Positions 1-8,167 of a stretch of DNA of 64,000 nt are shown in pieces. Source of the DNA: Vulcanimicrobiaceae bacterium (lineage in GTDB: Bacteria > Vulcanimicrobiota > Vulcanimicrobiia > Vulcanimicrobiales > Vulcanimicrobiaceae); assembly GCA_035938175.1 (NCBI GenBank), contig DASZHD010000046.1:9294-73293 (forward strand). The letters are read 5' to 3'. The position numbers were made by a program, and so were the translations under genes. The notes beneath the pieces were generated by a model. It searched no databases and had not been told where the DNA came from. It worked only from the letters and a program-made list of their open reading frames with translations. Numbering within the stretch: position 1 is the first letter of the stretch; each line of letters opens with the position of its first letter.

Positions 1-169
1 GCCCCGTCTCGCGATGACGGGATGGGAGATGGCGCGATCTGAAACCAAGCCTCCTGCTCGGCTTTTGCGCGGCCGAGCGGGCGCCTAGACCAACGACTAC
101 AACGCCGCGTTTCGTAAGTGAATTGTGGTAGAGCGTGATCCTAGAAACATTTTTTCAGATGTCTCCCGC

Positions 170-829
170 TTACGGGATAACAGCCTTTATGTGCCAATCA
201 CATTCCGAGTTAACCTCAAGATAGATGTCGCCGCCATTGTGCAGGTGTGTGACGTCGCTACCGCCGCTTCCCAATTCGTTGACCGCTTCATTGGGTATAC
301 CGCTGGAGTCATAATACATGACGATGAAATTACCATGATTCTCAAAATTTGAGCAATCGTAGGTCCAATATAGATCCCAATCGTCGGGGACATTGAACCG
401 CTGAGTACTCTTAATTCCGCTTCCGGAAATATCAGCGACAACTTGCGCGTGATGAACTGGAGGAGGGGGTGCGGCGATTTGATGGACGGCATGTGATGAT
501 CCGCGACTTTGTGGCCGCTCGACAACTGCAGAGTGTTGTGTTGTCGAAGGCGCTAAAGCCCCAATAATCGCAGAAATGATAACAATCGCAACAACCGTTA
601 GACAGCCAATTGACCAACACCCTAAAGGTTTCTTCTGCTGTCCTGCAGTTTGAATTCCGGGCGCTGGAAACGAGGGGCCTGGCGTTCCAGCAGTCGGCAA
701 TACCTGCGATTGCTCGGGAGTCGTGTTGATCGGTGTATTGCGTGCTGCGCCACAACGCGAGCAGAATTGACCCTCAGGATTAAGCTGAGCACCGCACTGT
801 TGACAAAACATCAGTGGACGAACTCGCAT
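170..829 (-). CDS. zinc-ribbon, single-pass membrane protein of unknown function
   Basis: 219-aa ORF. The N-terminus has CxxC...CxxC (FCQQCGAQLNPEGQFCSRCG), followed by a Pro-rich linker, one hydrophobic helix (LTVVAIVIISAIIGAL) and a C-terminal domain of about 120 aa. Confidence 0.6.
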   Translation of the reverse strand: MRVRPLMFCQQCGAQLNPEGQFCSRCGAARNTPINTTPEQSQVLPTAGTPGPSFPAPGIQTAGQQKKPLGCWSIGCLTVVAIVIISAIIGALAPSTTQHSAVVERPQSRGSSHAVHQIAAPPPPVHHAQVVADISGSGIKSTQRFNVPDDWDLYWTYDCSNFENHGNFIVMYYDSSGIPNEAVNELGSGGSDVTHLHNGGDIYLEVNSECDWHIKAVIP

Positions 830-1057
830 CGATTCAATGTTGGCATACTAACAAGGCCTAGGAATTGCTCTTGAACTATTTAGGGCTCCTTTGTGGTCGC
901 TCTGCAACTTGAAAAACCGCGCCGAAACTCCTTTCTCGAAAATGCGACAAAATGCCTCATGGAAAGCCATGGTTCATTCGGACCATTGCGACGGGTGTAT
1001 ACAGTCGCCGCCCAAAAAGAGCGATAAAGAAGCCGCCAGAAAAGGAGTACAGAGCCT

Positions 1058-1240
1058 ATGCTACCGGAAATCGGATTGATAGTTGCAATCTACACAGTCG
1101 TTCGATTTATCCAATTCATTTCGGACCGAGCCGGCCATCCAATAGTCAAAGTAGTTTCCGGACTCGGACTGATCGCTACATTGTTTCTTGCATACGCGCT
1201 TGTGAGCTCTGGTTCACACATGCCCAATCCCGCTCCATAG
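1058..1240 (+). CDS. small two-helix membrane protein (hypothetical)
   Basis: 60-aa ORF with two hydrophobic segments (IGLIVAIYTVVRFI; GLGLIATLFLAYALV). No homology recognised. Confidence 0.3.
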   Translation: MLPEIGLIVAIYTVVRFIQFISDRAGHPIVKVVSGLGLIATLFLAYALVSSGSHMPNPAP

Positions 1241-1474
1241 TCGTCTAGACGTAGTGGACTGGTGACCAGGCGCACCAATCTCGAAGACCGCGAGGACACT
1301 CGCGCGGCCCGAGTGAGGAAAGGTGAAATTCAAGGAGTTCGGCAGAACGGCGTGCATTTCGTAATGGCGATTGAACAACTCATGGGCGCTCGACATTCTT
1401 AGATGACCGTAATGTGCAATACTAACCGATTGGAAATCCGCATCGCCGACGCGACGCTTTACGTCACTTGCTTG

Positions 1475-1678
1475 CTATCGCGTGAGTGGTCGCGTGCGCC
1501 ATGCCATGGCGGTGGCGAGAGCAATGCCCATGGTCCCACCCAAACCTACGGCACCGATAACGTCCGTCGTTCGAAAGTTGCCGTTTGCACCGGATGCCAA
1601 ACCTACCACTAAACCGGCGAGCGCGGCACAGCCAAAGATGCAACCGCCGATTAGGAGTAAACGCCCACTACCCGACAT
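1475..1678 (-). CDS. small Gly-rich membrane protein (hypothetical)
   Basis: 67-aa ORF with glycine-zipper-like hydrophobic segments (LLLIGGCIFGCAALAGLVVGLASG; GAVGLGGTMGIALATAMA). Confidence 0.35.
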   Translation of the reverse strand: MSGSGRLLLIGGCIFGCAALAGLVVGLASGANGNFRTTDVIGAVGLGGTMGIALATAMAWRTRPLTR

Positions 1679-1736
1679 GGTTTATGCGACCTCCGCTTTA
1701 ACAGCTGTGACGATCGATTTCACACAATAGGACGAT

Positions 1737-1846
1737 GCCCCTTCGATTCCTCCGGTGGTTCGATGCGCGAGCACGACGAGTTATGCCCTTCGATTCCTCA
1801 GGGTGCTTCGATACCTCAGCATGACAGGCGATTCCTCACCATGACA
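1737..1846 (-). repeat. 49-nt repeat family, 2-3 degenerate units in reverse orientation
   Basis: cccttcgattcctcagggtgcttcgatacctcagcatgac is the reverse complement of the unit seen at 13784, 20021 and 63595. The flanking copies are degenerate. Confidence 0.8.
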
Positions 1847-1854
1847 AGTGGAGG

Positions 1855-2634
1855 CTATTCGCCCGCTGGAATGATGTACGTCGGCGGCGGAACGACCGGC
1901 TCTCCTACTTCGAGCACGATCCCCTGATGCGCGCGTAGCGGAATTGCGCGCAGATCGCCGTCGTACGGCTGCCCGTTCACAAATGCGGTTACTTTGCCTT
2001 TGAACGGCCCTACTTGATCGCGGCTGAGCGGCTGTCCCCAGATGTCGAAGAACATGCCCACCGTGTACGGACCGCCGTTGGGTGCGTTGACGTCGCCGGC
2101 TTCAATGTGAATGATGCCGCTGGCATCATGCGTGTGCAGCCAGTACAAACAGCTGCCGTTCGGCGAGAGCGGCTGTAGCGCAAAGCCGATATACGGCGGA
2201 ATCTGCAAAGGCGAACCGTCGACCATGATCGCGAGGTGGCTGTGAACGTGCAGTTGGACCGCCTCGGTCGTGGCGCATGGAATGCCGTCGACGAGCTGTC
2301 CGTGTCCGCCGCTTGCGGTGTCGGGCAGAATGCCCTTTTGCGGATTCGGCGTCGGTAATCCGAAAATGGGTTTTCCGACGGGCTGGCCGTTCACGAGCGC
2401 GATCGGTTTGGTCGTCGGCTGCGGTCCCGGCGTCGGCGTGGAATAGTCGAACGCCAGCGCTTTCGCGCGAGTCTGATTCGAAATGAAATTGGATATGCCG
2501 AAGCCGGCGAGCACGAGCACGATCACGATGGCGAACCCGATGTAGATCGGCGTCATGGGATCGCGTTTGGCGGGCGGCGGCGTCGCGCCGCCGCGCGTGG
2601 TTCTGCGGCGCTCTGCGCGGCTTGGCTGGCTCAT
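1855..2634 (-). CDS. membrane-anchored exported protein, HTHD-motif family (paralog of 10047..11087)
   Basis: 259-aa ORF with an N-terminal TM anchor (IYIGFAIVIVLVLAGFGI). The C-terminal domain carries CLYWLHTHDASGIIHIE and FFDIWGQPL..QVGPFKGKVT, matching CFYELHTHDPSGAIHVE and FLALWGIPV..QFGPFNGPIT in the 10047 ORF. Confidence 0.65.
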   Translation of the reverse strand: MSQPSRAERRRTTRGGATPPPAKRDPMTPIYIGFAIVIVLVLAGFGISNFISNQTRAKALAFDYSTPTPGPQPTTKPIALVNGQPVGKPIFGLPTPNPQKGILPDTASGGHGQLVDGIPCATTEAVQLHVHSHLAIMVDGSPLQIPPYIGFALQPLSPNGSCLYWLHTHDASGIIHIEAGDVNAPNGGPYTVGMFFDIWGQPLSRDQVGPFKGKVTAFVNGQPYDGDLRAIPLRAHQGIVLEVGEPVVPPPTYIIPAGE

Positions 2635-2641
2635 GCGCCCG

Positions 2642-3661
2642 TTAGTTGACTGCGCCGGACATCGATGCCTGCGGGTCCAGCCGGCGATCCGGGATGAGAT
2701 AGTTGCGGACGTAATCGTCCACGGCGTCCGCGAGCGGCGTAATGGGCGCTGCGTATCCGGCTCGGCGCAGCCGGTCGATCGTCGCGCACGTGCAATATTG
2801 ATATTTGTCGCGCAGCGTCACCGGCATGTCGATGAACTCGATGCGCTCGGGCACGTCCATGGCGCGGAAGATCGGGCGGACCAAATCCAGCCACGTGTGC
2901 GGCGCGCCCGCACCCACGTTGTACAGACCGTACGCCTCGGACTGCGCGAGATGGAGCGTCATTGCGACCGCGTCCTTGACGTAGAGAAAATCGCGCTGCT
3001 GCTCGCCGTCGCGATACTCGCAACGATGGCTCTTGAATAGCCGGATGCCGCCGTTCTCGCGGATTTGATAGAACGCTTTGTCCACGAGACTGCGCATGTC
3101 GCCTTTGTGGTGCTCGTTGGGGCCGAAGATGTTGAAGTACTTCAGGCCGGTAATGCGATCCAGAAGGCCTTCGTCGCGGGCATATAAATCGAAACGGTGC
3201 TTCGAGTACGCGTACATGTTCAGCGGCCGCAGCGCATCCAAATCACCGTCGTCGCGCAGATCGCGTTCTAATCCGCCGTACGTCGCGGCAGACGATGCAT
3301 AGACGAAGCGGACTCCTTGCGTAACGCTCCAGCGCGCGAGCTGTTTGGTGTACTCGTAGTTGTTGCGCATCAGGTACGCGGCGTCGTTTTCGGTGGTGCT
3401 GGAGCAGGCACCCAAATGCAGGATCGTCGAGATGCCCGCGAGTGCGGGCGCGTTGGCTTGTACGAGCGCGAGAAAATCGTCCGCGTCTTGATAGTCGCGG
3501 TAGCGAAGCGGCACCAGGTTTTTCCATTTTTCCGTCGTGTCGAGACGGTCGACCACCAAGATGTTGTCGATGCCGCGCAGATTCAACGCCCAAACGAGCG
3601 CGCTGCCGATGAAACCGGCTCCGCCCGTGACGACGATCCGGCCCTGATTGAGCTGATGCAT
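2642..3661 (-). CDS. hldD: ADP-L-glycero-D-manno-heptose-6-epimerase
   Basis: 339 aa. Rossmann motif VTGGAGFIGS, then ACSSTTE, YASSAATYG, YAYSK and FNIFGPNEHHKG, collinear with E. coli HldD/RfaD as I recall it. Confidence 0.9.
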   Translation of the reverse strand: MHQLNQGRIVVTGGAGFIGSALVWALNLRGIDNILVVDRLDTTEKWKNLVPLRYRDYQDADDFLALVQANAPALAGISTILHLGACSSTTENDAAYLMRNNYEYTKQLARWSVTQGVRFVYASSAATYGGLERDLRDDGDLDALRPLNMYAYSKHRFDLYARDEGLLDRITGLKYFNIFGPNEHHKGDMRSLVDKAFYQIRENGGIRLFKSHRCEYRDGEQQRDFLYVKDAVAMTLHLAQSEAYGLYNVGAGAPHTWLDLVRPIFRAMDVPERIEFIDMPVTLRDKYQYCTCATIDRLRRAGYAAPITPLADAVDDYVRNYLIPDRRLDPQASMSGAVN

Positions 3662-3725
3662 ATTCCGGGGCGCAACGTTCCGGATAAGGCGGCGGACAAT
3701 CCTGCCCGCCGCCTTACCAGGCGTC

Positions 3726-6152
3726 TTAGAGCGGCGCCGTCATGCGGAACAGAATGCTCGCGCCTTGCGAGTACTGCGTCGTGTTGAAGCCGTTCGCGAT
3801 CTTGATGATGTAGCGATCGTTGAACAGATTCTGCACGTCCAGATCGAAGCCGACGCTCTTATCGCCGTTTCGGCCCGGATCGCGGCCGATCGAGAAGTCG
3901 GCAGTCAGGTGGGTGGGCAGCGTTCCGCTGAAGCCCACGGGTTGACCGTCCACGAAGCCCTCGAAATTCACCGGATACCCCGTGCCGTATTCGCCTTGCA
4001 GCGTCGCAAAGTACGCCTTGCGATCGCCGAAGCGGTGCGTGAACGCGGCATTCACCGCCACGGCCTGGCTGTGATCTTCCGGCGCGAGCTGACCGATGAG
4101 TTCCTGCGTCGTGCCGCCCGAGGAACCCGGCGGGAAGAGGAACGTCGATCCGGAGATTCCGGCCGCCAGCGATTGCGACCACGTCCCCGACAAGAACCAC
4201 GAATCCGAATCCGGCAGCGTTTCTTGCAGGCGCAGTTCGGTGCCGTGCGCGCGGCCGATCGAGTTATTGAACACGGCGAAGAGCGGCGTGTTCAGCAACT
4301 GCGTGGTGTCGAGCACGTTGCTGACGTTACGATTCCACTGGTTCAGATACCCGGTGAAACGCGGCGAGAACGTGTGCGCGAGGCCGAACTCCGAGTAAGA
4401 ATCCGTTTCGGGTTTCAGATCGTACACCGGCAGCGTGGAGCACCCTTGCAGCACGACGCAGGCGTTTCGCACGTCTTCGAGCTGCGGCGCAGCGTAGAAG
4501 CGTCCGTAGTACGCGTGTACGACGTTCTTGGAGTCCGCAGCGTAATTCACGCCGATACGCGGGCTGATTTGATCGCCGCCGACGTATCCCGTCGAGTGAT
4601 CGTAGCGAACGCCGTAGCTGAACGAGAGCTGTTGCGACGGAGTCCATTTGTCTTCCGCGTAGATTCCCACTTGCGTGCCGGCTTGGTCTTGCCCCGTCGT
4701 GTTCAGCGACAGCGACGTGGGTGGCGGCAGCGGATAAGTTCCGGTCAACGTCGCGCAGCTGGGATCGTAGCACGCGAACGTCTGCGAGGCTTTGAAGATC
4801 TCGCGGCTGGCGTCGACGCCGACTTTGAACGCGTGATGCTGCGTCGCGCGGAACTGCGATGCGCGCAGACCGACGTAGTTCGCCACACGATCTTGACTCA
4901 GGCCGATTCCGCTTTGATAGGCCGTCGCGTTCGGATTAGTGCAGAACGAGGGAACCGGATTCAAATTACCGCACGGCCCCAGATTCTGGAGCGCGAGCAC
5001 GTCGTTCGGCAGATCGCCGGCGTACGCAATGCGCGTGTAGCGCACCCACGGAATCAGTTGGAAGATTCCGTTGCCGTCTTTGGACGCGGAGGTAAAGTTC
5101 AAACTGGCGTAGCGGTCGTATTCGCGCTGCACGTCATCCGTTCCGGGAACCGCGAAAATGGGATTCGTCGCGTCGTTAGGATTCGTGTTGATCGGAATTT
5201 GGAACTGCGCGAGCTGATTCGAAAAGTCGAACGCCAGCGACTGCCGGTCGTTGAAGGTGGTGATCGTGCGCAGGAATTCGTCCGCCTGCGAGGAGTTGTC
5301 GTGACTTTGCACGATCGTCGGCGAATCGAGGCCGCGATCGGAGACTTGCGTGTTGGCGTTGAGGAACACTTCGGTCTTGCCGATCCTGGCGGCGTTGTCG
5401 AAGCTCTCCAGCAATTGCCCGTAGTTGCCGCTGCCGGCCGTGAAGTAACTTTGATAGGGAACGGTGAGATCGCTCGCGCGGTTGCTGATGATATTCACGA
5501 CCGCGCCCTGGCGGCTGCCGCCGTACTCCGCCGGCATTGCGCCGGTGAACACTTCGAGCGAATCGATGTTCTTGGGGTCGAGAAGTTCCGCGAAGTTGGA
5601 ACTGGTCGCCTGCGGCAGCGGCGCGCCGTCGATCTCGTACGTTACGCCGTGAAAACCATGCGCAACCGGTTCGTTATACGAGAATTTCACGATGCCGGGC
5701 ATCGTTTCGATGAGACTGTTCAAACTATTGTTTGCCGGCAGCGCCGCAATTTGCTGGCGCGTAACGTTGTTCACCGATACGGGGGTACCGGTAACGCCGG
5801 CGTGCGCGGTTACCTGCGCGCTGGCGATCGTCTTGACTTGACCCAGCGCGACGTTGAGCGTAAGCACCTGATCCGAAGCGACTTGGATCTGCTGGGATTG
5901 CTGCGGTACGCCGGGATACGACGCGGTCAGCGTATACGTACCGAACGGCACTTGCGAGAATACGTACGCACCCGTGTTGTCGGTCGTGCGTGAGAGCGTA
6001 GACCCCTCGCCGGTCAGCGTTACGGACGCGCCCGCGACGGGCTTACCGCTGACGGTAACCGTTCCGCGTACCAATCCGGTAGTTGCGGCGAATGCCGGGA
6101 CGGCTATGAATGTGATGAACGCGGCAAGCAGTGCCGCAAGAATTCGAGACAT
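3726..6152 (-). CDS. TonB-dependent receptor-like outer-membrane protein with N-terminal carboxypeptidase-regulatory-like domain
   Basis: 808 aa. Signal peptide (AFITFIAVPAFA), then a CarboxypepD_reg-like segment (GLVRGTVTVSGKPVAGASVTL...GTYTLTASYPG), a plug-like region (EIDGAPL, IDSLEVFTGAMPAEYGG) and a long beta-rich C-terminus ending in an aromatic-rich strand. Confidence 0.85.
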   Translation of the reverse strand: MSRILAALLAAFITFIAVPAFAATTGLVRGTVTVSGKPVAGASVTLTGEGSTLSRTTDNTGAYVFSQVPFGTYTLTASYPGVPQQSQQIQVASDQVLTLNVALGQVKTIASAQVTAHAGVTGTPVSVNNVTRQQIAALPANNSLNSLIETMPGIVKFSYNEPVAHGFHGVTYEIDGAPLPQATSSNFAELLDPKNIDSLEVFTGAMPAEYGGSRQGAVVNIISNRASDLTVPYQSYFTAGSGNYGQLLESFDNAARIGKTEVFLNANTQVSDRGLDSPTIVQSHDNSSQADEFLRTITTFNDRQSLAFDFSNQLAQFQIPINTNPNDATNPIFAVPGTDDVQREYDRYASLNFTSASKDGNGIFQLIPWVRYTRIAYAGDLPNDVLALQNLGPCGNLNPVPSFCTNPNATAYQSGIGLSQDRVANYVGLRASQFRATQHHAFKVGVDASREIFKASQTFACYDPSCATLTGTYPLPPPTSLSLNTTGQDQAGTQVGIYAEDKWTPSQQLSFSYGVRYDHSTGYVGGDQISPRIGVNYAADSKNVVHAYYGRFYAAPQLEDVRNACVVLQGCSTLPVYDLKPETDSYSEFGLAHTFSPRFTGYLNQWNRNVSNVLDTTQLLNTPLFAVFNNSIGRAHGTELRLQETLPDSDSWFLSGTWSQSLAAGISGSTFLFPPGSSGGTTQELIGQLAPEDHSQAVAVNAAFTHRFGDRKAYFATLQGEYGTGYPVNFEGFVDGQPVGFSGTLPTHLTADFSIGRDPGRNGDKSVGFDLDVQNLFNDRYIIKIANGFNTTQYSQGASILFRMTAPL

Positions 6153-6215
6153 GAATCTTTCCTTAAACGCAGTGAGATGGAAACGGAGAAAAGCGTCCGG
6201 ATGGACGCAGCGCGT

Positions 6216-6722
6216 TTAAGCGAAAGCCGGCGGAGGCCGGGAGAAGAGCCGAAGTGTGTGCGCGGTGGAACGCGAGGGCGCACACGTGTATGGAGCGCGA
6301 GAAGCCTGCCGTGGCGCAGGCGAAAAGACGCCTGTCAGAACTGCGACGATCGCGGCAAACGTTTGCGCGAATGCGAGCAACACGACGCGCACCAGCCAGG
6401 ACGCGAACGCGACCGCAACGGCCGCCGCTAAAAATGAAACGGCGTGAGACTGCTCGCACAGCTCGATGCCGGCAAACCATGCTGCCGCGCCGCCCGTCAT
6501 CGCGAGCAGATGGATCCGCGGCGATTTCCAGCGGCGAACCGCAGCAACGGCGGCCAAAAGCGTGGCGAAGAATGCGAACGACGTGCCGAGCGAGAGCGCG
6601 GCACCGTGCAAGGACCCGGCGAGCGTATGCTCGTTGCCGAACAACAGGACGTGCGCGAGCAGCGCTGCGGGCAATCCCAGCAACGCGGCGTAGCCGAACT
6701 TCCTGATGCTCGTCACTATCAC
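6216..6722 (-). CDS. polytopic membrane protein (hypothetical)
   Basis: 168-aa ORF with about 4 hydrophobic helices. Its start overlaps the stop of the upstream multicopper oxidase by 4 nt, which suggests an operon. Confidence 0.5.
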   Translation of the reverse strand: MIVTSIRKFGYAALLGLPAALLAHVLLFGNEHTLAGSLHGAALSLGTSFAFFATLLAAVAAVRRWKSPRIHLLAMTGGAAAWFAGIELCEQSHAVSFLAAAVAVAFASWLVRVVLLAFAQTFAAIVAVLTGVFSPAPRQASRAPYTCAPSRSTAHTLRLFSRPPPAFA

Positions 6723-8167
6723 GAGCGGTAAACGACCTCGGTTCGCATCCCGTCCATCATATGTATCTCGTTATGGCAATGCAACAGCCACCGTCCGGGC
6801 GGTGAATCCGCCGTAAAATGCCATGTTGCTGTCCCTCCATGCGCCCGCACCAGGGCCGTGTCCTTGGGGAGCGGCCTAAGCAGCGGTTTGCCGTCCACGC
6901 TCGTTAAACGAAAAACATGCCCGTGCAGATGCATCGGATGGTCCATATCCGTCGTGTTCTTGAAATGAATCGTCACGGCGTCGCCGCGTGTGACGAAAAT
7001 CTTCGGGGTGTGCGGATACGTTTTGCCGTTTATCGTCCACGCGTTGCTGCCGTAGGCGCCGCCCCCAAGTGTAAAGTTGTAGTCATGCTGAGGCGTCTTG
7101 TCATGCTGAGGCATCGAAGCACCCTGAGGCATCGAAGGGCCAACTCCCCCCGCCCCCTCGTACGTAAAGAACTCAACGCCTTCCAGGGTTTGCGGGCTCG
7201 CGGCGGGCGCCGCATTTTCGAAGCCCTCGGTATAAACGACGGCCGCCTGCTGATACGCGGTCGGTTCGCTGGAGAGACCTTGCAATAGCCAAGCACCGGG
7301 TTTTTGTACTTCGAACCACGCGTCGTACCGTTCGGCGACGCCTATACGCAACGCATCGACCGTCACGGGCGCTTCAAGACGGTTCCCGTCCGTGTGCGTT
7401 ACGGTCAGACGATGATCGGCCAGACGCACGTAACGCGTCTGCGTCGGGTTCGCATTGAGAACGCGCAAGCGCACGCGCTGTCCGACTTTCACGGGAAGTT
7501 TTTGCGTTGCCGGATACGACCGGCCGTTGATGCAATGCGCGACGTACGCAACTTCGTCGCCCATTTTATCGTTGGGCTCCATCTCGCGCATTTCCGGAGA
7601 ACCGATAGGATCCACCATCGGCGCGCCGCTTACGCCCATCATCGCCTGCTCGATCGTCGGCAAATTCGGCACGTCGTGAAAGACGAGCGCAAACTCCGCG
7701 TCGTAGTGCTCGTCGTTCGGATCTTCCACGACGATCAATCCGAAGAGCCCGCGCGGCAAGCCGCCGCCCACGTGATCGTGATACCAGCGCGTTCCGGCCG
7801 GCTGCGCGACGAAATCGTACAGAAACGAATCGCCGCTGGGCACCGGCGCCTGCGTAATATCTTCAACGCCGTCCATGCGGTTCGGAAGAATCATTCCGTG
7901 CCAGTGAACCGTAGCCGGTTTGCCGCTGGAGTTCACGAATTTCGCGCGCAACCGCTGCCCTTGCGCGACGCGAATGACCGGCCCCGGAATGCTGCCGTTG
8001 AACGCGAGGAGCGGATACTGCATGCCCGGCGCCGGCGAAAATGCAATCGGTGCTGCGGTTAGCGTGTAGTCCAGCGTGTCTTCGGCCAGCGCCCGCGCCG
8101 GCAGCCGCGGTACTGCGAGCGCGGCCATCACGCCCGCACTTCGCGCCAAGAAGACGCTGCGGCGCAT
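6719..8167 (-). CDS. Tat-exported multicopper oxidase
   Basis: All four copper-ligand motifs are present: HWHGM, WYHDHV, HPMHLHGH and HCHNEIHMMDGM. There is a twin-arginine leader (MRRSVFLARSAGVMAALAVP). I place the start at the internal ATG at 8167, where TAATG overlaps the upstream stop by 1 nt. Confidence 0.9.
   Translation of the reverse strand: MRRSVFLARSAGVMAALAVPRLPARALAEDTLDYTLTAAPIAFSPAPGMQYPLLAFNGSIPGPVIRVAQGQRLRAKFVNSSGKPATVHWHGMILPNRMDGVEDITQAPVPSGDSFLYDFVAQPAGTRWYHDHVGGGLPRGLFGLIVVEDPNDEHYDAEFALVFHDVPNLPTIEQAMMGVSGAPMVDPIGSPEMREMEPNDKMGDEVAYVAHCINGRSYPATQKLPVKVGQRVRLRVLNANPTQTRYVRLADHRLTVTHTDGNRLEAPVTVDALRIGVAERYDAWFEVQKPGAWLLQGLSSEPTAYQQAAVVYTEGFENAAPAASPQTLEGVEFFTYEGAGGVGPSMPQGASMPQHDKTPQHDYNFTLGGGAYGSNAWTINGKTYPHTPKIFVTRGDAVTIHFKNTTDMDHPMHLHGHVFRLTSVDGKPLLRPLPKDTALVRAHGGTATWHFTADSPPGRWLLHCHNEIHMMDGMRTEVVYRS
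7082..7142 (+). repeat. 49-nt repeat family copy inside the multicopper oxidase CDS
   Basis: gtcatgctgaggcgtcttgtcatgctgaggcatcgaagcaccctgaggcatcgaagggcc. It is read through in-frame on the minus strand as GPSMPQGASMPQHDKTPQHD. Confidence 0.8.

Noticed and set aside
1-169. Possible end of a gene or a terminator hairpin (gctcggc...gccgagc) at the window edge.
   Set aside because: The segment is too short, and there is no supporting ORF or T-run.
3765-5993. Very long antisense ORFs opposite real genes. Examples: 3765..5993 (+), 15146..16591 (-), 17475..18749 (-), 43041..44114 (-), 53746..55131 (-), 58621..60210 (-), 20783..21757 (-).
   Set aside because: These are Arg/Ala/Gly-rich shadow ORFs typical of high-GC DNA. 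Each lies opposite a gene with clear family motifs, and none has a recognisable domain.
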